This document shows positions 38,486 to 48,755 of a DNA stretch of 64,000 nt, one piece after another. Below the pieces are notes generated by a model. That model saw nothing but the letters and a program-made list of their open reading frames with translations, made no database searches and was not told the origin of the DNA. Origin of the DNA: Gemmatimonas sp. (GTDB lineage: Bacteria > Gemmatimonadota > Gemmatimonadetes > Gemmatimonadales > Gemmatimonadaceae); assembly GCA_965279375.1 (NCBI GenBank), contig OZ257156.1:4544001-4608000 (forward strand), written 5' to 3'. Position 1 is the first letter of the stretch, and each line of letters starts with the position of its first letter. The position numbers and the translations under genes are program-made.

Positions 38486-40426
38486 ATGGCAGAGAAAGTT
38501 ATCGGTATCGACCTCGGCACCACCAACTCGGTCGTCAGTGTGCTCGAGGGTGGCGATCCGGTCGTGATTCCGAACGCCGAAGGCGGGCGGACCACTCCGT
38601 CCGTGGTCGGCTTTACGAAGGACGGCGAGCGCCTGGTTGGCCAGATCGCCAAGCGACAGGCTGTCACCAATCCTCAGAACACCATCTTCTCCATCAAGCG
38701 CTTCATGGGCCGCCGCACGTCGGAAGCCCAGAGCGAGCAGTCTCGCGTGCCGTACAAGATCGTCGCCGGGCCCAATGACGTCGCGTCCGTGGAAGTGGGT
38801 GGCAAGCGCTACACGCCCCCCGAAGTCTCCGCGATGATCCTGCAGAAGATGAAGCAGACCGCTGAGGATTACCTCGGCCACCCGGTGACCAAGGCGGTCA
38901 TCACGGTGCCCGCGTACTTCAACGACGCTCAGCGCCAGGCAACCAAGGACGCCGGCAAGATCGCCGGCCTCGAAGTGCTGCGTATCATCAACGAGCCCAC
39001 GGCGGCGGCGCTGGCCTACGGCCTCGACAAGAACAAGAAGAAGGACGAGAAGGTCGCCGTGTTCGACCTGGGCGGCGGCACGTATGACATCTCCGTCCTC
39101 GAACTGTACGACGTCGACGGCACGCGCCAGTTCGAAGTGAAGTCCACCAACGGCGACACGCACCTTGGCGGCGATGACTTCGACCAGCGCGTGATGGATT
39201 GGCTGGTGGCCGAGTTCAAGCGCGATCAGGCCATCGACCTGTCGAAGGATCCGATGGCGATCCAGCGCCTCAAGGAAGCGGCCGAAAAGGCCAAGATGGA
39301 GCTCTCGAGCGCGAACAGCACCGACATCAACCTGCCGTTCATCACGGCGGACCAGTCGGGCCCGAAGCACCTCAACTACTCGCTCACGCGCGCCAAGTTC
39401 GAGCAGCTGGTGGACGATCTCATCCAGCGCACCCTCGAGCCGATGAAGCAGGCGCTCAAGGATGCCGGCATGCAGCCGAGCGAAGTCGACGAGGTCATTC
39501 TCGTCGGTGGTTCGACGCGCATTCCGAAGATTCAGCAGGTGGTGAAGGAGTTCTTCGGCAAGGAGCCCAACAAGGGTGTAAACCCGGACGAAGTCGTTGC
39601 CGTTGGCGCGGCCATCCAGGGCGCCGTGCTCACGGGCGAGCAGAAGGACGTGCTGCTGCTCGACGTGACGCCGCTCTCGCTCGGTATCGAGACGCTCGGT
39701 GGCGTGATGACGGTGCTCATCCCGCGCAACACGACGATCCCGACCAAGAAGGCGGAGACGTTCTCCACCGCGGACGACAATCAGACGACAGTGGAGATCC
39801 ACGTGCTGCAGGGCGAGCGCGATCTGGCGGTCTATAACCGCACGATCGGCAAGTTCCAGCTCACGGGTATCCCGCCCGCACCGCGCGGCATGCCGCAGGT
39901 GGAAGTCACGTTCGACATCGACGCGAACGGCATCCTGCATGTGACCGCACGCGACAAGGCGTCGGGCAAGGAGCAGAAGATCCGCATCGAAGCGTCGAGC
40001 GGCCTCTCGGACAACGACATCGACAAGATGGTCAAGGACGCCGAGAAGAACGCGACGGAAGACAAGAAGCGTCGTGAGGAAATCGAGATTCGCAATCGTC
40101 TCGACTCGCAGACGTACGAAGTCGAGAAGAATGTGAAGGAGTGGGGCGACAAGGTCGCTGCTCCGCTCAAGGAACGGATCGATGCATCGATCGAGCGGGC
40201 CCGCAAGGCGCTCCGCGGCGACGACATCAACGAGATCCGCGCCGCGCAGGAAGAGCTGACGAAGGCATACAGCGAAGCGGGTCAGGCCTTCTATCAGCAG
40301 CAGTCTGCCGAAGCGGCCAACGCGGCGCCGGGTGCTGAGGGAGCTTCCTCGGCGGGTGCCGCCTCGGACGCGAAGGCGGAAGAAGTCGTCGAAGCCGACT
40401 ACGAGATCGTCGACGACAAGAAGTAA
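38486..40426 (+). CDS. dnaK: Molecular chaperone DnaK
   Basis: [41 protein letters not shown], acidic C-terminus. Confidence 0.99.
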   Translation: MAEKVIGIDLGTTNSVVSVLEGGDPVVIPNAEGGRTTPSVVGFTKDGERLVGQIAKRQAVTNPQNTIFSIKRFMGRRTSEAQSEQSRVPYKIVAGPNDVASVEVGGKRYTPPEVSAMILQKMKQTAEDYLGHPVTKAVITVPAYFNDAQRQATKDAGKIAGLEVLRIINEPTAAALAYGLDKNKKKDEKVAVFDLGGGTYDISVLELYDVDGTRQFEVKSTNGDTHLGGDDFDQRVMDWLVAEFKRDQAIDLSKDPMAIQRLKEAAEKAKMELSSANSTDINLPFITADQSGPKHLNYSLTRAKFEQLVDDLIQRTLEPMKQALKDAGMQPSEVDEVILVGGSTRIPKIQQVVKEFFGKEPNKGVNPDEVVAVGAAIQGAVLTGEQKDVLLLDVTPLSLGIETLGGVMTVLIPRNTTIPTKKAETFSTADDNQTTVEIHVLQGERDLAVYNRTIGKFQLTGIPPAPRGMPQVEVTFDIDANGILHVTARDKASGKEQKIRIEASSGLSDNDIDKMVKDAEKNATEDKKRREEIEIRNRLDSQTYEVEKNVKEWGDKVAAPLKERIDASIERARKALRGDDINEIRAAQEELTKAYSEAGQAFYQQQSAEAANAAPGAEGASSAGAASDAKAEEVVEADYEIVDDKK

Positions 40427-40530
40427 GGACGCGCAGTAAGCTTTAGCCGGGCCGTCTCAGGAAACAGTCTGGGCCGGTCCGGTGTCTTATCGTACCACGC
40501 TTCATCATGAACTCTGAACGGTAGACTCAC

Positions 40531-42066
40531 ATGGCATCACGATTCTCACGGTTCCGATTTGCTACGGTTGCAGTTCTCAGCTTTGCCGGCGGTGTCTTCT
40601 TCGCGTCCGGCATGGACTTCACCCGCTTTGCGTGGGCGCAAAACGCCACTCCCGCCCGCCCGGCCGTCATGCGTGGCCCCGGTGCCCCTGAGGGCGCGGG
40701 TTCATTTGCCGACATCGCCGAACGCGTCACCCCCACCGTCGTCGCCGTCAACACGACGCGTAACGCCCGCCCGATGCGCGGACGCATTCGCGGCCAGGTG
40801 CCGCAGGGGATGGAAGATCTGCTCGAGCAGTTTGGCCAGCGCCAGCAGCCCCAGGTGCAGCGCGGCGAAGGTTCGGGCTTCATCATGAGCACCGACGGCT
40901 ACATCGTCACGAACAACCACGTCGTGGCGGATGCCGATCAGGTCAACATCACGCTGAGCGACGGCCGCATCTTCAAGGCGCGCGTGGTGGGTACCGACTC
41001 CACGACCGACGTGGCCGTGGTCAAGATCGACGCGAAGAGCCTGCCCACCCTGCCCGTCGGCAACGACGAAACGGTGCGCATTGGCGACTGGGTGCTCGCG
41101 GTCGGTAACCCGCTCGGCCTCGACTTCACCGTCACGGCAGGTATCGTGTCGGCCAAGGGACGCGGTCAGGAGATTCAGCTGCCGAACGCTGGCGGCATGT
41201 CGATCTCCGATTTCATCCAGACGGACGCGGCGATCAATCCCGGAAACTCTGGCGGACCGCTCATCAACCTGCGCGGCGAAGTGATCGGCCTCAATTCGGC
41301 GATCGCGAGCCAGACCGGCTACTACTCGGGCTACGGGTTCGCCATTCCCATTACGCTCGTGAAGTCGGTCGCCGACATGCTCATCAAGGACGGTCGCGTG
41401 CGTCTGCCGGTGATGGGTATCGCGATCGCGCCGCTGAACGCGGACGACGCGGGAATCAACGGCATGGCCAAGGCCGCGGGTGTGAAGGTCGGCAGCTACT
41501 CGCTCGGCGAGCGGAGCCCGGCCAAGGCGGCAGGTATCGAGCCGGGTGACGTGATTGTCTCGGTGGACGGCAAGCCGGTGGATCGCGTGAGCGCGCTGCA
41601 GCGCGTGGTCCGCTCGCACAAGGTCGGCGAGACGGTCCCCGTGGAAGTGCTGCGGTACGGCACGAAGAAGAGCTTCAAGGTCAAGCTGGTGGAAGCGGAT
41701 CCGGATGAGCGCGTCGCGGCGCAGCCCGCGGCCGCTTCGCCGACGGGCGCCGCCTCGACCGGCAAGCTTGGCATCACGGTGGAGCCGCTGAGCCCGGAGA
41801 TGATCAAGCAGTTGGGACTCGCGGCCGACCGCGGCGTGCGGGTGGCGGAGGTTGCGCAGGACGGCGTATCGGCGGAGAAGCTGGAGGCCGGCAGCGACAT
41901 TCTGCTGGAGGTGCTGTATCCGCTGCCCAAGCGCTCGATCAAAAACGTCGCAGACTTGCAGGCGGTGGTATCGGGGCTCAAGGACGGCGGTTACGTGAGC
42001 TTCCTGGTGATGTCGCTGCGACAGGGCGGCGCCACGCGCGTGGTGAATCTCAAGGTCGGCGGCTAG
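40531..42066 (+). CDS. degP: Do/HtrA-family periplasmic serine protease with two PDZ domains
   Basis: Signal peptide, VTNNHVV, TDVAVVK, QTDAAINPGNSGGPL, two PDZ-like regions. Confidence 0.92.
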   Translation: MASRFSRFRFATVAVLSFAGGVFFASGMDFTRFAWAQNATPARPAVMRGPGAPEGAGSFADIAERVTPTVVAVNTTRNARPMRGRIRGQVPQGMEDLLEQFGQRQQPQVQRGEGSGFIMSTDGYIVTNNHVVADADQVNITLSDGRIFKARVVGTDSTTDVAVVKIDAKSLPTLPVGNDETVRIGDWVLAVGNPLGLDFTVTAGIVSAKGRGQEIQLPNAGGMSISDFIQTDAAINPGNSGGPLINLRGEVIGLNSAIASQTGYYSGYGFAIPITLVKSVADMLIKDGRVRLPVMGIAIAPLNADDAGINGMAKAAGVKVGSYSLGERSPAKAAGIEPGDVIVSVDGKPVDRVSALQRVVRSHKVGETVPVEVLRYGTKKSFKVKLVEADPDERVAAQPAAASPTGAASTGKLGITVEPLSPEMIKQLGLAADRGVRVAEVAQDGVSAEKLEAGSDILLEVLYPLPKRSIKNVADLQAVVSGLKDGGYVSFLVMSLRQGGATRVVNLKVGG

Positions 42067-42108
42067 CGATCGACTGCTGGCAATCATTCACACCGCCGGA
42101 TGTGACAG

Positions 42109-42150
42109 CGCGCGGTACCGTCCTTCGGGGTGGTACCGCGCGGTTCTTTT
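42109..42150 (+). terminator. Rho-independent terminator after degP
   Basis: CGCGCGGTACCG-tccttcgggg-TGGTACCGCGCG followed by GTTCTTTT. Confidence 0.8.
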
Positions 42151-42230
42151 GCGGCGCCTGAGACTCGACAACGCGATCGACCCTGCCCTGCGCCGAAGGT
42201 CGAGTGGGTTTAGGTTGGACGCCGTGGCAC

Positions 42231-42312
42231 GCGGACGTGGCGAAATTGGTAGACGCACCAGCCTTAGGAGCTGGCGGGGCGACCCATCCCGGTTCGAGTC
42301 CGGGCGTTCGCA
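42231..42312 (+). tRNA. tRNA-Leu (anticodon TAG), CCA not encoded
   Basis: Acceptor GCGGACG/CGTTCGC, D loop AATTGGTAGAC, anticodon arm CCAGC-CTTAGGA-GCTGG, long variable arm, GGTTCGAGTCC. Confidence 0.95.
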
Positions 42313-42433
42313 TAGAGTGGAGCTGTTACCGAGCTGGCATGACGCGCCATCGATCGCGGGTGTCGGTGAGCGATGCGGCTCAGGCGTCGTCGCGCTGTCG
42401 CTGCATCCAGCGCGATGTTTAATACGAACACAG

Positions 42434-42451
42434 TGTCAATCCTGATTGACA
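42434..42451. promoter_or_regulatory. Palindromic operator (TGT-N12-ACA, PpsR/CrtJ type) overlapping a TTGACA -35 upstream of crtB
   Basis: TGTCAATC-ct-GATTGACA in an AT-rich patch. Confidence 0.6.
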
Positions 42452-42700
42452 GTTCGCTGGTTGAGCGGCACCTTCCCTCGGCGTACCGCAGTCTCGATTG
42501 CCCGTAGCGAACCCGCACAGGGAACAGTTTGTCTGCCCCAGCGTTTGAGGCGACAGTGTGTGCGGGGCGGCGTGCGCGGTTCCGCGGTACCTGCCTTCTG
42601 CTTAGACCATCACATGTGGGCCCGTCGTGTTGCGATCGGTTCACCGTCCAGATCGAGTGCTCTGCATGCCATTCCCGTTGACGCGGATGCCGACCGAAGC

Positions 42701-43678
42701 ATGATCCAGCACGATCATGTCGACGACGCGCTCCAATGCGAGCGGATCACACGAGCGCACGCGCGCACCTTCTCGCTGGCCAGCCGCTTGCTGCCGTCGG
42801 AGAAGCGTCGCGCCGCCTTTGCGCTGTACGCATTCTGCCGCATTGCGGACGACTTGGTCGATCAGGCGGATCACGACAACGTCGCGCAGCTCGCCTCCCA
42901 GCTGAAGGACTACGAGCATCAGCTGCAGGCGGCGATCGCAGGCCAGCCGAGTGGTCCGATCTTTCGCGAAGTGGCGTGGGTCACCCGCGCGTACAACGTG
43001 CCGCCTGCCCCGCTGTTCGAGCTGTTGAGTGGCGTGGCGCGTGACCTCGAGGCCGCCGAATACGACTCATGGACGTCGCTCGAGGCGTACTGCGAAGGTG
43101 TGGCAAGTTCGGTGGGCGAGATGTGCACGCACGTGTTCGGCGTGCCGGGCGGACCGGCGATGCGCGAACGGGCGGTGAAGTACGCGCGCACCCTCGGCGT
43201 GGCCATGCAGCTCACCAACATCCTGCGTGATGTCGGCGAAGATGCCAAGCGCGGCCGCTGCTACCTGCCTGCGGATGATCTGGCCAAGTTCGGTTTGACT
43301 GCGCGCGAAGTGTTGACCAATCCGGCGCTGGCGCGTGACCCGCGCTGGGCGCCGATGATGGCGTATGAAGTCAGCCGAGCCCGTGCGCTGTACGACGCGG
43401 CGACGCCGGGGATCGCGATGTTGGCACCGGACGCCCAGCGATGCGCGGCAGCCTGTGCGACGGGTTATGCCGGTATTCTGACCGCCATCGAAGCACAGGG
43501 GTACGACACCATCTCCACCCGCGCGCGCCTTGGGCGACTGGCTCGGGTGGGGATCCTGTGGGACGCGTGGCGGTATCGCGCAGCGCCGCTCGACCTCGCG
43601 ACGATTGGGGATGGCCCCCGCATTGTGTGGGAACCGAATCAACCGGTGAGCCCCGAGACCCTCGTACGCCTCGCCTGA
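42701..43678 (+). CDS. crtB: Phytoene synthase
   Basis: ALYAFCRIADDLVD, YCEGVASSVG, LGVAMQLTNILRDVGEDA..GRCYLP. Confidence 0.95.
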   Translation: MIQHDHVDDALQCERITRAHARTFSLASRLLPSEKRRAAFALYAFCRIADDLVDQADHDNVAQLASQLKDYEHQLQAAIAGQPSGPIFREVAWVTRAYNVPPAPLFELLSGVARDLEAAEYDSWTSLEAYCEGVASSVGEMCTHVFGVPGGPAMRERAVKYARTLGVAMQLTNILRDVGEDAKRGRCYLPADDLAKFGLTAREVLTNPALARDPRWAPMMAYEVSRARALYDAATPGIAMLAPDAQRCAAACATGYAGILTAIEAQGYDTISTRARLGRLARVGILWDAWRYRAAPLDLATIGDGPRIVWEPNQPVSPETLVRLA

Positions 43679-43686
43679 GTACGCCC

Positions 43687-44652
43687 ATGACTTCGATCCT
43701 GTCGTCGGACGATTCCGCGGCCTCGAGCCGCGCGACGTTGTTGCGTTTCGCCATGTTCGCGCTGATCGGACACGCTTGCCTGAGCGCCTTTTCCGCGTTC
43801 GCGTTTGCGACGTTCCTCGCGCCGCCGATGCCGGCTTGGCTCAACACGCCACTCAACCTCAAGGTCTACTCCATTGGCATCCATTTCGGCGGGCAGGTCA
43901 CCGTCGTACTGGGCGCGTTGGCGGGGTTGCTCTTCTTGGCGTCCTGCGTGGGGCTCAACCGTGCGGCGCTGGTCTTCGGCGTGAGCTTCACGCTCTCGCT
44001 GTCGTCGGAGCTGATGGGTACCGGGACCGGTCTCCCGTTCGGTGCATACGGCTATTCGGAGCTCCTCGGCTACAAGATTGGCGGGCTGGTGCCCTTCAAT
44101 ATCCCGACGTCGTGGTTCTACATGCTGGTGGCCTCGCTGGCCATCTGCGGCCGCCTGCTGCCAGCGACCGACGACAGCAAGTCGCGTTGGTGGTGGGCGC
44201 TGGTGGCGGGCATCGTGCTGACCGCGTGGGACGTCTCCATGGATCCCGCGATGGTGAAGACGAACCACTGGATGTGGTTCGTGCCGGACCTGTCGAATGA
44301 GTCGGCGCTCTCTCGCTTTATCGGAACGCCGTTCTTCTTCGGTATGCCGCTGACCAACTGGCTCGGCTGGCTCCTGACGGGGATTCTCGTGGCGCGGGCG
44401 ATGCTGGCCCTCGTGCCGCCCTCGGTGTGGGCGGCCAAGGTCTCGCCGTCCAAGCTGCCGTTCGTGCTGTACGGCGTGAATGGACTGCTGCCGATCGCCA
44501 TCTGCCTGCGTCAGGACATGGTGTTGGCCGGCGTGCTTGGCACGATCTCGATGGCGATCCCGCTCGTGGCCGCGCTGCGTGCTGGCCAGCAAACGCCCGC
44601 TCGCTTGTCGACGACGCGCGGCATGGGCGACATCGCCATCGCCGGCGACTAG
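43687..44652 (+). CDS. cruF: Carotenoid 1,2-hydratase CruF-like membrane protein (DUF422)
   Basis: SELMGTGTGLPFGAYGY..LG.K..GLVP, AWDVSMDP, FFGMPLTNWLGW; between crtB and crtI. Confidence 0.85.
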   Translation: MTSILSSDDSAASSRATLLRFAMFALIGHACLSAFSAFAFATFLAPPMPAWLNTPLNLKVYSIGIHFGGQVTVVLGALAGLLFLASCVGLNRAALVFGVSFTLSLSSELMGTGTGLPFGAYGYSELLGYKIGGLVPFNIPTSWFYMLVASLAICGRLLPATDDSKSRWWWALVAGIVLTAWDVSMDPAMVKTNHWMWFVPDLSNESALSRFIGTPFFFGMPLTNWLGWLLTGILVARAMLALVPPSVWAAKVSPSKLPFVLYGVNGLLPIAICLRQDMVLAGVLGTISMAIPLVAALRAGQQTPARLSTTRGMGDIAIAGD

Positions 44653-44949
44653 GCACCTGTCGAGGTGCGCCTGCGCGAGGCCGGTCTGCCGGCCGCGCAG
44701 GCAAGCGACGCGGGCGCGGGATCCTATTGGCGCCCGCCGTCGTTCATCACAGGATGTCGATCGGAACGTCGATCATCACGCGGTGAGCTGCAGCGAATTC
44801 GCGCTCCCAAGCGGACGCTGCCAGCGATACCCTGACGGACTTTTCGACGCGATCGTGTTCATTGGCGTGCTTGATGAGCTCTCGGGCTGGAGAGCACCGG
44901 CGGCGCGCGGAGCGCGTTCCGTCCACGGTTCGAACTTTCGGAGGCGTAC

Positions 44950-46461
44950 ATGCGCGTTGTCGTCATTGGCAGTGGATTCGGCGGAATTGCCGCCGCGATC
45001 CGTCTGCAGGCTCAGGGGCATGATGTCACTATCGTCGAGAAGCTCGACAAGCCCGGCGGCCGCGCCTACGTCTTTGAGCAAGACGGCTTCACCTACGATG
45101 CCGGACCGACGATCGTCACCGCACCGTGGCTGATCAATGAGCTGTTCGAGTTGGCCGGCAAGCGCATGGACGACTACGTCACGCTCAAGCTGCTGGACCC
45201 GTTCTACAACATCCGCTTCGAAGACGGCTCGGTGTTTCACTACAACGCCGATCGCGAAGCGCTGATTCAGCAGGTGCGTGAGTTCTCGCCCGACGATGTC
45301 GACGGCTACCTGCGATTCGTGGCGAGTGGGCAGGAGATCTTCAAGGCGGGCATGGCGTTGATCGACAAGCCGTTCCACAACCCGCTCTCGATGCTCAAGG
45401 CCGCGCCCGATCTCATGCGCCTGCGCGCTGATCGATCGGTGGCCAAGTACGCAGGCTCCTTCATGAAGAACGAGCGGCTGCGTCAGGTGTTCTCCTTCCA
45501 CCCGCTGCTGGTGGGCGGCAATCCGTATCGTGCGTCGTCCATCTACGCGCTGATTCACACGCTCGAGCAGCAATGGGGCGTGTGGTTTGCGATGGGTGGC
45601 ACTGGTGCGCTCGTGCGCGGACTCGTACAGCTCTTCGAAGATCTGGGCGGCACGATTCGCTACGAATGCGAGGTCGACGAAATCACGCTGCGCCCTGAGG
45701 GGAAGCGCGTGTCCGGCGTGCGACTGGTCGACGGGGAGCGTATTGCCGCCGATGTCGTCGTGTGCAATGGCGATGTGTCGCAGTCGTATCGCACGCTGCT
45801 TCCTGAGGCGGCCCGGCCGACGATGAGTGACGCGAAGATCGCGAAGTACAATCACTCGATGTCGCTCTTCGTGATCTACTTCGGCACCGACCGGAAGTAC
45901 GACAACGTGGCGCACCATGAGATCATCATGGGCCCGCGCTACAAGGAGCTGCTCGAGGACATCTTCGAGCGGAAGATTCTCGCTGATGACTTTTCGTTGT
46001 ACCTGCATCGTCCGACGGCGACCGATCCGTCGCTCGCCCCTCCGGGACACGACTGCTGGTACGTGCTTTCCCCGGTGCCGCACCTCGGCGGCAACGTGGA
46101 CTGGGAGAAGGTCGGACAGCGTTATCGCGACCGGATCATGTCGTACCTCGAAGCGCGCTATCTCCCGGATCTGTCCAAGCACATCGTGAGCGAGCGTCGC
46201 ATCGATCCGCGGTACTTCGAGCAGTCGCTCAACAGCTATCTCGGCAGCGCGTTCGGGCTGGAGCCACGGCTTACGCAGTCTGCGTATCTGCGACCGCACA
46301 ACAAAAGCCGCGATGTGAAGAACCTCTACTTCTGCGGCGCGGGCTCTCACCCCGGTGCAGGACTGCCCGGGGTGATCGCCAGCGGAAAGATCGTCGCCGA
46401 CATGATCGGATCGGCGGAGTCCGGACATCGCGTGACGCTGCGAGAGCCGGCGCTCGTCTAA
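44950..46461 (+). CDS. crtI: Phytoene desaturase
   Basis: VIGSGFGG FAD site, GGRAYVFEQDGFTYDAGPT, HPLLVGGNP, GAGSHPGAGLPGV; GGAGG SD. Confidence 0.95.
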   Translation: MRVVVIGSGFGGIAAAIRLQAQGHDVTIVEKLDKPGGRAYVFEQDGFTYDAGPTIVTAPWLINELFELAGKRMDDYVTLKLLDPFYNIRFEDGSVFHYNADREALIQQVREFSPDDVDGYLRFVASGQEIFKAGMALIDKPFHNPLSMLKAAPDLMRLRADRSVAKYAGSFMKNERLRQVFSFHPLLVGGNPYRASSIYALIHTLEQQWGVWFAMGGTGALVRGLVQLFEDLGGTIRYECEVDEITLRPEGKRVSGVRLVDGERIAADVVVCNGDVSQSYRTLLPEAARPTMSDAKIAKYNHSMSLFVIYFGTDRKYDNVAHHEIIMGPRYKELLEDIFERKILADDFSLYLHRPTATDPSLAPPGHDCWYVLSPVPHLGGNVDWEKVGQRYRDRIMSYLEARYLPDLSKHIVSERRIDPRYFEQSLNSYLGSAFGLEPRLTQSAYLRPHNKSRDVKNLYFCGAGSHPGAGLPGVIASGKIVADMIGSAESGHRVTLREPALV

Positions 46462-46480
46462 TCGCTCGTTTGTTTCGCCG

Positions 46481-47380
46481 TTACGCCATGCGCACCAACA
46501 GTTCCGTCCGAAGCGCTTCAGGCGGCGTGGTGCGCATATCGCTCTTGTAGATCTCGTACGCGGGGCCGTCGGCAATCTTCACCTGCAGGGCCGGCAGGGC
46601 CTCACCCATGAAGCGCGACCAGGCATCGCCCAGTCCTGAGAACGGGCCCACGTGCTTGGTGCACGCGTAGGTGCCGGCGTCGAGTCGCATTTCTCCCAAT
46701 TCCGGTGGGAGCGGCACACCGTCCGGCACGCTGATCGCGGCTTCGGAGCGCAGCTCGGCGGGAGGCGTGGCTTCAGGATCGTCGTGATAGGCGGCGATCA
46801 TCATCGCGCCGGGGTGCGCGAAGAGTCCGGCGCGGCCGGCGATCTCGCTGAGCCTCGCGAACGCCGCACCGATCTGGTTGTACGGCCCTGTGTGCGCGAT
46901 CGTCGCCAAGCGAATCGCGGGAAGTTGGCGGAGTTCGACCTGCATGGTGTGTCCTCCTGTGTCGCAGGGGATGAAAGGGTGCGCTCCTCCGCCGGGATCG
47001 AAGTGCACGCCACACGAGGCGGCAAGTAGCGGACGAGCGTAGCGATTGCGGCGATAGTCGGTGGGCGCCTCGCCGAATGCCGCGCGGAATGCGCGCGTGA
47101 AGGCCTCGTGCGTTTCGTATCCAGCCTCGAAGGCGATCGCGGTCACACCCGTGTCCGTGTGGCGCAGCGTCCACACGGCGCGCTCGAGGCGGAGGCGCCG
47201 ATGCAACTCGAGCGGCGTCTCCCCAACCATACCGCGAAAGACGCGGTGGAAATGGAATGGGGACAAGCCGGCCAGCCGCGCGAGGTATGCGAGGTCAGCG
47301 GAGGCGTCGAGGGTGTCCACGAGGTGGGTGATGACCCGCTGGATCGACTGCTGGTAGAAGAAACGCGTTTCGGTCTTCAT
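46481..47380 (-). CDS. AraC-family transcriptional regulator with GyrI-like effector domain
   Basis: SPFHFHRVFRG..GET, IAFEAGYETHEAFTRAFR; C-terminal HTGPY, YHDDP..TPPAELR. Confidence 0.92.
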   Translation of the reverse strand: MKTETRFFYQQSIQRVITHLVDTLDASADLAYLARLAGLSPFHFHRVFRGMVGETPLELHRRLRLERAVWTLRHTDTGVTAIAFEAGYETHEAFTRAFRAAFGEAPTDYRRNRYARPLLAASCGVHFDPGGGAHPFIPCDTGGHTMQVELRQLPAIRLATIAHTGPYNQIGAAFARLSEIAGRAGLFAHPGAMMIAAYHDDPEATPPAELRSEAAISVPDGVPLPPELGEMRLDAGTYACTKHVGPFSGLGDAWSRFMGEALPALQVKIADGPAYEIYKSDMRTTPPEALRTELLVRMA

Positions 47381-47467
47381 GCGCGAGAAGCTAGGACGGG
47401 CTGGTTCTGGCCGCTTGATGCGGTTTGCGCATTCTCGGACCGGGGAGGCCCGATTAGTTTTCGCCCC

Positions 47468-48712
47468 ATGAACATCTCGATCACTCCCTCTGAGCAGACG
47501 GGCATCTCGCGCCGCCTGCAGATCTCCGTGCCGCCTGAAACGGTTGCCCAGTACGAGGAGCAAGCGGCGCGGAAGTACGCGACGCAGGCGCGCCTCCCTG
47601 GTTTCCGCGTGGGCAAGGCCCCGCCGTCCATGGTTCGCAAGCGCTTCGCCGAGCAGATCCGGCAGGAAGCGATCGAGCTCGTCGTCAATGAGGCGTTCAA
47701 GGAAGCGGTGGAGCGCGAGAGCCTGAAGCTCGCATCGCAGCCGCACGTGCACGATCTCAAGTTCGAGCCGGGACAGTCGCTCGAGTTCGAGCTGCACTGC
47801 GAGCTGCGTCCTGAACTCGCCCTCAATACGGTCTCTGGCTTTGCGATCACCCGCAACCAGGCCGCGGTCACGGACGAAGCCGTCGAAGAGCAGATGGAGC
47901 GTCTGCGTGAGCAGAAGGCGTCGTGGACGCCGGTCGCCGACAAGCCCGCGCCGGGTGACATGGTGACCGTGATGCTTTCGACGGCCGACGCGACGGGCAC
48001 GCTGCCCGAGGCCAAGGAGTACCGTCTCGTGCTGGGCGGTGGCCAGGCAGTGCCGGGCATCGAAGAGCTCATCATGGAAGCCAACGAAGGGCAGACCGTC
48101 GAGCGCATGGTGAAGTGGCCCGATGACTTCCCCGATGAATCGCAGCGCGGCGTGAGCAAGCTGGCGCGCGTGACGTTGCAGGATGTGAAGCGCAAGTCGA
48201 TGCCGGCGATGGACGATGCGTTCGCGCGCGAGATCGGCGATTTCGATACGATCGACATTCTCCGCGAGGCCGTGCGCACCGACATGGGTGAACACGCCAC
48301 GCGCGAAGCCGAGGCCGACGTGCGCGGCCAGGTGATCGAGAAGATCGTCGAAGCCAATCCATTCGATGTGCCGCAGAGCTGGGTGTCGCAGCTGGTGGAC
48401 AGCTACATGCAGATGTACGGCGTGCCGGAGTCGGAAAAGGCGCGCTTCGCGCAGGAGTTCCGTCCCATGGCGGAGCGTCAGGTGCGTCGCGACCTGATCG
48501 TGGACACGTTGGCGGAGCGCGAATCGTTGACCGCGAGTGCCGCGGACGTGGACTCGCGCGTCGAAGAAATGGCCAAGGCACGGAACGCCGATCCGGGGCA
48601 GGTGTACGCGCAGCTCCAGAAGGCGGGTCGCCTGCAGGAGATCGAGCGCGAGTTGACCGAGACGCGTGTGTTCGCGTGGCTGCTGGAACAGAACCCCGTC
48701 AGCTCCTCCTGA
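47468..48712 (+). CDS. tig: Trigger factor
   Basis: LPGFRVGKAP ribosome-binding loop, FKBP-like middle domain; upstream of clpP-clpX. Confidence 0.95.
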   Translation: MNISITPSEQTGISRRLQISVPPETVAQYEEQAARKYATQARLPGFRVGKAPPSMVRKRFAEQIRQEAIELVVNEAFKEAVERESLKLASQPHVHDLKFEPGQSLEFELHCELRPELALNTVSGFAITRNQAAVTDEAVEEQMERLREQKASWTPVADKPAPGDMVTVMLSTADATGTLPEAKEYRLVLGGGQAVPGIEELIMEANEGQTVERMVKWPDDFPDESQRGVSKLARVTLQDVKRKSMPAMDDAFAREIGDFDTIDILREAVRTDMGEHATREAEADVRGQVIEKIVEANPFDVPQSWVSQLVDSYMQMYGVPESEKARFAQEFRPMAERQVRRDLIVDTLAERESLTASAADVDSRVEEMAKARNADPGQVYAQLQKAGRLQEIERELTETRVFAWLLEQNPVSSS

Positions 48713-48755
48713 GCCGACTACCCTTCCGAATCACCTGCGATAACGAGGAAGTCTC

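Noticed and set aside
42510..42600. Cobalamin riboswitch-like words (GGGAA, GCCCC) in the crtB leader
   Set aside because: The conserved B12-box order and spacing are not present
47381..47467. Possible attR copy of the tRNA-Leu 3' end
   Set aside because: No match to the tRNA 3' sequence and no integrase in the window
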